From the NCBI GenBank assembly GCA_965202585.1, contig OZ241826.1, forward strand, positions 91,574,001 through 91,638,000: a DNA stretch of 64,000 bases, in the 5' to 3' direction. Below are positions 39,001-46,660 of this stretch, piece after piece. Below the pieces are notes generated by a model. That model ran no database searches and had not been told where the DNA came from. It saw nothing but the letters and a program-made list of their open reading frames with translations. This stretch comes from Thalia democratica. Lineage: Eukaryota. Both the position numbers and the translations under genes were made by a program. Numbering within the stretch: the stretch's first letter is position 1; the number at the start of each line of letters is the position of its first letter.

Positions 39001-41877
39001 TTCCAAAATTTTCCTAGAAATTTACAAAAATGTTTAATTTTATTTCCAATGCCTTCATCTGGTATAAATTAGTAAAATATCCTTTATAAAACTGCAAAAA
39101 TTTTCTATTAACATATTGAACAAGTACCCTACTTGAACAAGAAGGTTTTGTAAGCTTTTTAGTATTGATGATCTGTAGCAAAGACACTTCCATAGTGAAA
39201 CTGTGATATAGAAACAAAAGTTTATCTAGCATAATTTTAGAATCAAAGTGTTTTTTGTTTAAGTAAATAATTGAGTTCTTTATAACTAAGCAGTTAGTTT
39301 AGTATTTTATGTAACAAGTTAATGTGTACACTGAACCGGAATGCAGACCTAATGAAGGAAACCATATCTTCATTAGATGAAGAGGTTGAAGTGCTAATAA
39401 AAAAACGAAGAAAATAAATTTTAGTACATACATAAAAAGAAACAGTATTTGATTAAGATCTTAATTGTTTTAATGTTTTAAATGTAAAAGTTCGTTATTG
39501 TTTTAAGGTTTGTGTTGTAATAGTTCGTTATTGATTTAAGGTTTTAATTGTAAAAGTTCCTTATATGTCGGTTGTTTTTTCTAGATACATTTATGCTAGG
39601 AAATGCTAAAAAAATGTGTCTTTTTTCAGACAGGCTGTGTTTATAAGGTAATAATACAAGTATTTTGCTGATAGAGCTGTTTATTACAAACATCAATCAT
39701 ACACAGATGGTTTAAGTGATGTACTGGAAGTTTGATGATAGAATTCAGCAAAAAACTGTTGTTTTTAACCTGTATTGAAATTAGATTGAAAGCTTTATAT
39801 AGTTTTAAGTGTTAGGTTATGTATTTTAGAATAAGTTTAGTTTAAGAGTTTGATGTAGAAAAGTCAGGAAAATTTTTGTAAAAAGTCAGGAAAAGTCAGG
39901 AAATTTTTCTCAGCTTGAACAGTGGCAACCATGCTAAATATTTTACTTAGTAGAACTACGTTTTTAATGTATTTGAGTAAAATTTGTTTTATTAAATATT
40001 CTTTTTCTTTTGTAATACTATAATATTGTTGGTTTTAATAAACTAGTGACAAGTGTGTTTGTATGTTTGTTTTTTTTAACTAAATATTTTACTTAGTAGA
40101 ACTACGTTTTTAATGTATTTGAGTGAAATTCGTTTAATTAATAACTCTTTTTCTTTTGTAATATTATACAAAATACTAAAAAAGGTATTTTATCAATGTG
40201 CTAAGTAGTGCCATAGTATATTTTAAAAGATTCTTAACAATAGTACAAAATTGCTTAACATTTTAAAACAACAGTACAGTTAATAAAATAAATATGTCAT
40301 TAACTCCGGTATGTTTAACTGCTAATTGTATAAAATGTGGCTTACTAACGTTAGATCTCACAAAATCTGGTAAAAATAAATGCGTATTACAAACACAGGT
40401 ACGCTGACCTGCTGAGCAGAATACGGGAGCTGGAAACGTGGACGACAGATTTCCAGCTGCCCGCTGCTGTGTGGCTGGGAGGACTCTTCAATCCTCAGTC
40501 CTTCCTCACCGCTATCATGCAGGTTTGTTTTATGTATAATTTTCAAGTCATAGCTCTTCACTGCTTTTGTACAAAGTCATTGACATAACTGCAAAAACTT
40601 TTTTTTTTGAATATCATTCATTAATCATAATACTTACTTTACATTGGTTAAAACTTTGCAGTAATATTTTTTAGTTGTTTCCTAAAAGTAATTTAAACAA
40701 AAGCATATTTTTTCAAAATTTTCAATCCCTAAACAAGTAGGAACAATCTTTGGGAAAAATTATTTACTTTTTTTTTAAAGTTAACAACAAAAATGTTTAA
40801 TTGTTGTGTTAGAAAAATAATCTCTTTATTTCCAAAAAATTAACAACAAACATTATTAACAGGCGATGGCTCGAAAGAACGAGTGGCCATTGGACAAGAT
40901 GTGCCTGCAGTGTGACGTAACAAAGAAAACGAAGGAGGACTTCAGCAGTTCGCCGAGAGAGGGCGCCTACATTCACAGCTTGTACATGGAAGGTTTGTGT
41001 TTGCAAGTTTTTGTAAAATATAAAAAGTTTTTTGTTTTATTTTCATAAGCAAGCAGGTCTATCTGGCAGTTATTATCAAACGCATAATTTTTTTAAGTTC
41101 TTTCAGATGTGTCTCAAAAATGTTCGAAACTAGTTTAAGTAACATCTAATGTTTAACTTAATTCCTTCTAATTTTTCACACTCATCATCGTCAGTATACC
41201 ATGAAATTATTTAAACTTTCAAGTTTTACAACAAACAAGTTTTAAATTAATATAAATATTTATTCACAGGAGCTAGGTGGGATCCTCAGGCGTCTGTGAT
41301 ATCTGAAGGAATCCTGAAAGAGCTCACTCCAAGCATGCCAGTTATTTTCATAAAGGTACATTTTATTATACTGGTGTAAGTAACAAAAATAATTATTTCG
41401 TGTTTTGTTAAGACTTTTTAAGTTACTATATATATTTTTTGTTTTAGCATGTTAAGGACGTTTTAAAAGTTCTTTAATGTTTCTATAAGGTTTTCATTTA
41501 CTATAAGTATGATATACAAAATTAAACTTAAATCAATTCCAATCTAATTTTTGTTAATTAAAGTTTATGAATTTAAAGCTATCCGTTTTCTCAATAATTA
41601 AACTGTTACAACTGATTAATGCATTTAGAAAGTAGTGTTTTCAAATACAAAACATTAACAGACGATACCGAAAACGAAAAGTTATCAAATTATTTATATT
41701 TTATTTTAAAAACAGGCGATCCCGGTGGACAAGCAGGACACGAGGAGCGTGTACGCGTGCCCGGTGTACAAGACCAAGATGAGGGGACCCACATTCGTGT
41801 GGACCTTCAATTTGAAAACAAAACTCCCGCCGAACAAGTGGACGCTGGGCGGCGTGGCCATACTGCTCCAAGTTTGA
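39..41877 (+). CDS. DNAH9: Axonemal dynein heavy chain, outer-arm beta type (DNAH9/DNAH11/DNAH17 orthology group); 5'-partial, 70 exons in window
   Basis: Manual splicing gives one continuous frame of 3,624 aa ending ...GGVAILLQV*. Exons: 39-244,543-672,856-953,1367-1523,1784-1953,2200-2308,2532-2648,2959-3075,3426-3626,4081-4233,4531-4665,5271-5516,6011-6235,6688-6889,7213-7342,7609-7774,8163-8270,8391-8522,9008-9168,9512-9689,10051-10134,10261-10418,10891-11122,11409-11552,11821-11949,12223-12319,12794-12957,13207-13310,13716-13868,14591-14765,15070-15243,15584-15791,16008-16173,16587-16689,17129-17368,18126-18287,18642-18835,19226-19388,19523-19597,20239-20430,21127-21288,21567-21655,21994-22138,22746-23006,26655-26798,26989-27111,27543-27701,27924-28039,28283-28386,28448-28536,28731-28966,29400-29522,30157-30361,31013-31157,31641-31801,32514-32684,33134-33253,33567-33760,34449-34564,34878-35092,35484-35660,36693-36884,37237-37417,37764-37945,38126-38280,38522-38671,40399-40522,40863-40992,41270-41355,41716-41877. 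Four P-loops: [32 protein letters not shown]. Also [22 protein letters not shown], the stalk [29 protein letters not shown], and the C-terminus typical of DNAH9/17-type chains. The symbol marks the orthology group; a one-to-one assignment among DNAH9/11/17 is not possible. Confidence 0.96.
5005..5200 (+). repeat. 34-bp tandem repeat derived from the exon-12 acceptor
   Basis: caggtg occurs at 5023, 5057, 5091, 5125, 5159 and 5193; unit caggtgaaaattatctgaaataattttatcttca. The first copy (ttttaccctctctcaggtgaa) resembles the real acceptor ttttaccctatcccag|gtgaag at 5270. Confidence 0.9.
8761..9035 (+). repeat. 116-bp tandem triplication spanning the intron-18/exon-19 junction
   Basis: aaacctca(a/c)cag|at(c/t)gacagcgc... 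with AG ending at 8775, 8891 and 9007 (the real acceptor). Confidence 0.9.
14165..14437. repeat. Two (TA)n microsatellites bracketing a ~230-bp segment
   Basis: (ta)~10 at about 14166-14186 and 14416-14436. A third (ta)n tract lies at about 61810-61838. Confidence 0.7.
23165..26390 (+). mobile_element. Non-autonomous hAT DNA transposon (3.2 kb) in dynein intron 44
   Basis: 12-bp TIR caggggtcggca ... tgccgacccctg; perfect 8-bp TSD gtatatgc (23157-23164 and 26391-26398); subterminal gcggcccgcg repeats; no transposase ORF. Confidence 0.92.
24485..25807. mobile_element. Possible nested TIR element inside the hAT insertion
   Basis: Starts cagtgttgcc and ends ggcaaccatg, with subterminal aaaacttgaa and aactcagg repeats. 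The ends resemble those of the 38751-39933 element. The flanks (aacaat/taaaat) match only imperfectly as a TSD. Confidence 0.4.
27252..27462. mobile_element. hAT-type MITE (211 bp) in dynein intron 46
   Basis: TIR cagtgatataccggac ... gtccggtacatcacta; perfect 8-bp TSD cttaaaac (27244-27251, 27463-27470); three internal copies of a ~40-bp unit containing aaaaaagtccggat...ccggccggat. Confidence 0.88.
29790..30190 (+). repeat. ~175-bp tandem triplication spanning the intron-52/exon-53 junction
   Basis: ag|gt(a/g)catcaaga... with AG ending at 29805, 29979 and 30156 (the real acceptor). Confidence 0.85.
31775..32225 (+). repeat. Tandem copies (~54-55 bp) of the exon-55 3' end and donor
   Basis: catgtaccagttctca(t/c)tgaag|gttt occurs four times between 31780 and 31970, with decayed copies near 32020, 32090-32160 and 32200. 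Confidence 0.9.
33730..34300 (+). repeat. ~140-bp tandem copies of the exon-58 3' end and donor, progressively decayed
   Basis: cgacaggatgacctacgcagtcag|gtgag (real, ends 33760) is echoed near 33880-33910, 34021-34050, 34150-34180 and 34278-34300. Confidence 0.85.
35951..36487 (-). mobile_element. Kolobok-like non-autonomous element (TTAA-flanked, AG termini) in dynein intron 61
   Basis: Flanked by TTAA on both sides (35947-35950, 36488-36491). Short imperfect TIR agctcta/agcacta. CpG-rich interior with two gcgcatgcga motifs and a truncated minus-strand ORF (36190-36008, [19 protein letters not shown]...). Confidence 0.55.
38751..39933. mobile_element. Non-autonomous TIR DNA transposon with 6-bp TSD in dynein intron 66
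   Basis: TIR cagggttgccact ... agtggcaaccatg; multiple subterminal aaaagtcagga repeats at both ends; ctaaat duplicated at 38745-38750 and 39934-39939. An uninterrupted copy of the target site lies at about 40028-40100. Confidence 0.85.
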
Positions 41878-44563
41878 TTTCCCGCGCTTTTGTTGTTCAC
41901 AGCTTCGAACTTGTTTCTTCGTTTTATATAGTGTGTATAGTGTAAATTACTACTGTGAATTGAAAAAAGTAACTGTAACATTTATTTTTATAAAAGCTGT
42001 GGCAATTTATCGCTTTCTAAATATTTATCTTCTTATCTTAACGCTTATTTTTAATCATCTAGCAACTGTGAAACAACATATTCAAGATCGCAAGTGCTTT
42101 AATCAATATAATTATGTAGTTTTTTTTAACTGTGTTTGTTATGTTCTTAATTGTAAATAAATCTCACCTTAAAATAATAATTGTCCTAAAATTATTGATT
42201 AAAAAATTCCATAACTACTATAAAAAGCAAAATTTATCTAATTGATAAATATATTTTCAATGTTTTATAAAACAAAGTATTTAGTTTGTTTAACTTTTTG
42301 ATAATTCCAAAGTGTCTAGACTGTTTTATTAAAATTTTTGGTAAAGTACAAGCTAGGTAACAATTTAAAATACTGCATAATTAAGATGTAATAATAGTTA
42401 GATAAATTTTAGTATGTTGATATTTATGTAAAAAAAAAGTTTATTCAAGAATCAATTTATTTATGCTAGTTATTGTTTATAATCTTACTTAAAGCAAAAG
42501 CTTTTATTTTAGTTAGTTTTTTGGTATTGTTTAAGCATGTTGAATTTTTTAAGACTAAACTAGTTGTAGACTCATGAGTAAAGGCTACAAAACTGAAACA
42601 GACAAAAGCTTTATAGTGAATTCAAAAATGTGTTGAAAACTAGAAAGGCAAAGATTACTTATAATTTACAAATGTAAACTTATACTAAGCTTTATTAAAA
42701 AATAGGTACACTACTCAGGTTTTTTCGTGTTTATTTTTCGGTTTCAATACAGAGAGCCAATAATTTTTTTTTAAATAAATTAATTCTATTATTTCGCAGC
42801 TTTTGTAATTCTTCTCAATAACTTTAACTTTTTCCACAACAATAACAGTAAGTTTGCAATATAATAATTACTTAATCAAAAACTTTTGCTAACAAAACAG
42901 AGCAGAAAAATTTGTATCTGATAGTCGATTTTCTAACAAACTTTAAAAATATCTAATAAACAACAAGAAGCTTACAGTGTAACTTACTTTTACAAAAAAA
43001 ATGTGTATTGCGGATCCCCTTAAACTCAACAAATAATTTATTATACCGCGAGCAGTAATATAGACATAGAAAAAACATTCAGTTGAAACTATAGAAGTCT
43101 TACTTTAGTATGAGTAAAAGTAACTTTAGACCTAGAAAAAAATTTAACACAATGTATTTTAAAACTAAAGCTCAAGTTTTATTAAAGTTATCAAAGACTG
43201 TTGTAAGGATATTTTTATCTATTATTTTGAAACAACAAACCATCATGCGTATATATGAAGATAGGTTATTGTGTAAAGTTGCAAAACAGGTGCTTTAATA
43301 AAGATGAATGATTCGTTTTTTTATTTTTAAATGCATGATAGCAAGAAAATACCTGAATAAATTCTACTAAAAGACTATGTTAAAAACTACTTTTAACTTG
43401 AGAACTTCTGGCTATTGTATAGAATAGTTTACAGTGGAATAAGCTAAACTGTTTCGTCATTTTCGAAATAACTCATTACCGAATAAGTGTTATAGACTAT
43501 AGTAATACTAAAAACAAGTAAATAAGTATGTTGTTATCGATTACCAAAAGGTTTTTTCGTGCAACAGGTCCTAGGATCAATTATTTTGAGCGCTTTTTTT
43601 CGTTCAACAAGCAATCGTATACTACAATTGTTACTCAGAAAGTATTTGAAACTAAAACTGAGCTTTGTTTTTGATTTAAACATTCGTTAACCAAACAAAA
43701 AAGATTTTTATTAGATAAAAATGTTCTAAATTTAAAACAGTTCCACTAAATTGCATAAACAATTTTGAGCTTTAATAAAAACAGAATATTCTACATAAAA
43801 ATAAATCTAAAACTTTTGTACATGTAAGTTTAGTAGTGAATAAGGCTATGACTAAGATGACATTCTAAAATTAAACTAATTCTTTTTATTCAATAAATTT
43901 TTAGATTAATATGAATAAAATTTATGGTTTAATGGTAGAAAAATTTGCTACTAAGCTATTAAATTTATTTATGATAATTTCATTATAAAAATGACTAATA
44001 ACTACTAATATATTTAAAAAAATTGCAATAAGATAATAACTTTTGCACGTTCTTAATTACAACATGTAAATTCTTAAAGTTAACATTATTGTCATATGAT
44101 TATATTAAATAAAACTAAAAGTATTTAGAATGTAATAAATTTTATTTTTTTATTAACAAAAACAAGATCGTATTTCTCAAAATAAAAGTTGTTTGTAAGT
44201 TTTCAATAGTTACCAAAGTTTTTTTTTAATGCAACAGTAAGTAAGTTTAAAAATTATAATAAATAAATATTGAATTCAAAAAACTATTTTTGCAATTAGT
44301 TTTTGTGTGTAAAGGTTTGCTTATAAATTTTACTACTCATTTAACAAGCTATGTATTTTTCATTTACTTATGCAACAGCTTTATTTCGAAATAAACATTG
44401 AGTTGTTGTACTTAGTATCATTTTAACCACAACATCTAGAGACCTTAGAAAAAATAAAAAAATATTTTATATTAAGAAACGAAACAGAATTTAGTCAAAC
44501 TGTACAGAAATATGTTTTAAAGTTTTGTAAGTTCTATTAGTTTTTTTATAAATCGTTATTCGT

Positions 44564-46660
44564 TTATACGCTCAATTCATCGTATTTAGGTGGACTGCCT
44601 TGAAGTTGGTCCGTATTAATGGTAAAATCATGGTGGTTGGAAAATGATTGGGGTATCGGCACATTCTGGCTAAATTTCGGTTGGTAAGCAGAATTTGGAA
44701 GCCAATTAGAATACGTTGGTGCATCTGAAGAAATTAATAAAAAACCAAATCGAATAGTGTTTGAAGCACATAAAATTTATTCGATAATTTTAATCTGTAG
44801 CACAATAAACTTTTTTAAAAGAAAACGTTTTAGGTACAACATTTTACCAAAACATGTTATAATAATATTTTCTTTAAGAAATGAAGTTTAATAAATATAA
44901 TTTATTACAAATTTGCTTACTTTATTTTGATAGTGTTATTTTAGTTTTAATTATTTTTATTAGATCTAATAAATACAATTTTTATGTATAAAAGAAGTAA
45001 TTTATTCTAAAACTTAATTTAAAATTAATTTCAAACTTAGTTCGTTGTGCTGGTTTGAATCACTAGAACTATAAACGACTATTTCTGACGAATAATTCTT
45101 CTGTAAAAAAAATTTTTAGGTCGATAAATGTTTGCAAAAAGGTAAAATTACAGGTTTTAATTGAAGTTTAATTATTATTTTAGCTTAAATATATAACTAT
45201 CAAGACGCAAAATACAAGATTCTACTGAGCTTCAAACAAAATGATATTAGTGAAGCTCAAAAAATATTTGTAACCTCAACAAAACAAACTTTTTTACGAT
45301 AAATGTAGCAGGCACATATTATCAGCAGAATCAAGTTTACAAAGGCGATCAACGTAATAAATATTTGAAGGGCCAACAAGCCTACACTTTTTTCTTCATT
45401 AAGCTTCTGAAAATACAAAGTTTACTTTTAAAATATGATATAATTAGAGCAAAATTTACTTTTTTAGATTGATACACCATGCACATAAAGAAAGTTCAAA
45501 TACATATTTTTTTATAAAAACAATTTTTTATTGAAATTACAGTCAGTTTTGTTTTTGTTTACATGCTTTTGAATATAGTTACATTTGCCATCTGGCCAAA
45601 ATTAATAACAAAATTAAACTCACAATTGTTGAAATTTTTGCAACTATTGGTTGAAGAACTACCAATAATAATGTAGTTACAGCTCCAGCAACATTGAATC
45701 TCAATGTAAGGCTAACCTTATTTTTATTTATACTTCATAAATCACAGTCTCAGAAACCCAAAAAAAGTTTTCTATAGTTTAACATCGTTAATTTTTTTAT
45801 CACTCAAAAAAAGTGTGTATATTAAATACCGTAAAAACATTATTATAAATTACTTGAGCTTTTGAAGTACAGTTTAAACTGATTTGAACTCCAAAAATTC
45901 CAGCAACTAGAGGCTAGAAAATTGTTTAGTTTATTTAGTTCCACCGTAAGATGATTATATGTATATTTATTAAAGCTGCATTGAAAAAAGACTTTGTAAA
46001 AATATAGTTTTAGTTTGTTTTATCCTTTTTAAACTAAAGAAAAAAAATGTTTTGTTTGTAAAAAGTTCATTTATGAACAAAAACTTAAGTAAAATTTACT
46101 AACTGTTAACACAGAGATTAATGTTTGTAAAACTTACGATGATAGAGCACCAAACGGCTTGGCCAATAGATTTATTATGGCACTTGTTTATTTTGTATTT
46201 GTTGCAAGGATCAATTATTGCTTCCGAGGTTCCAGTCCCTAGTAATATTACCGACAGTATTACTGTGATTATCTGTATTTGAAACACTGCTTTGTTATTT
46301 GGTTTAAAACCTAAAAAGCGAAAATCTCTTTTAACCGAGTAAATATAATTCTTTAGATAATAAACTACTGTAAATAATATTAATATCTTAGTCAAATGGG
46401 AGTTATTAGTTGAAAATTTGTACAAAACTCAGAAAAATTTATACTACTTTTATACTTAAAAAAAGTCCTCTAATAAGTTCATTTTTGCTCAAAATACTTT
46501 AATTTTTAAAGTTTCAAAATAATCAAAAACACAAAAATTGACAATTTTATTTTTATTTTTTATTTTAATGTTTATGAAAAGCTTTTATTTCTGGTTTCGT
46601 TTAAAAGAATAAAAACAAACTTACACTAAGAGCTTTAACAACTTTGTTAATATGTTTCAT
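44564..46660 (-). CDS. Predicted small single-pass type I membrane protein: signal peptide, Cys-rich PLAC-like ectodomain, TM helix, cytoplasmic tail with PPxY
   Basis: Minus-strand exons with compatible phases: 46660-46625 (MKHINKVVKALS), 46272-46138 (IITVILSVILLGTGTSEAIIDPCNKYKINKCHNKSIGQAVWCSII), 45711-45624 (PYIEIQCCWSCNYIIIGSSSTNSCKNFNN), 45591-45563 (YGKCNYIQKH; needs a 32-nt intron, uncertain), 45406-45290 (KLNEEKSVGLLALQIFITLIAFVNLILLIICACYIYRKK), 45100-45037 (KNYSSEIVVYSSSDSNQHNEL), then about 44725-44564 (NAPTYSNW...QGSPPKYDELSV*). All introns are GT-AG. An in-frame upstream ATG lies at 46753. The last-exon coordinates are approximate to a few nt. Confidence 0.7.

Noticed and set aside
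39-41877. Non-canonical (GC-AG, AT-AC/U12) introns or introner-type repeated introns in the dynein gene
   Set aside because: All 69 introns resolve as GT-AG, no ATATCC/GTATCC donor is present, and the introns are not copies of one another.
12-41981. Many minus-strand and off-frame ORFs in the ORF track overlapping the dynein exons
   Set aside because: They are shadows of high-GC3 exons, where the antisense frames lack stops. They coincide with dynein exon boundaries and show no motifs of their own.
42156-42161. AATAAA as the dynein polyadenylation signal
   Set aside because: The position is plausible, but the hexamer is too frequent in such AT-rich DNA to call without 3'-end data.
45624-45717. 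Alternative hydrophobic frame for exon 3 of the membrane gene (VSLTLRFNVAGAVTTLLLVVLQPIVAKISTI)
   Set aside because: It is phase-compatible but removes the CCWSC motif that completes the Cys pattern begun in exon 2. It remains a less likely alternative, not excluded.
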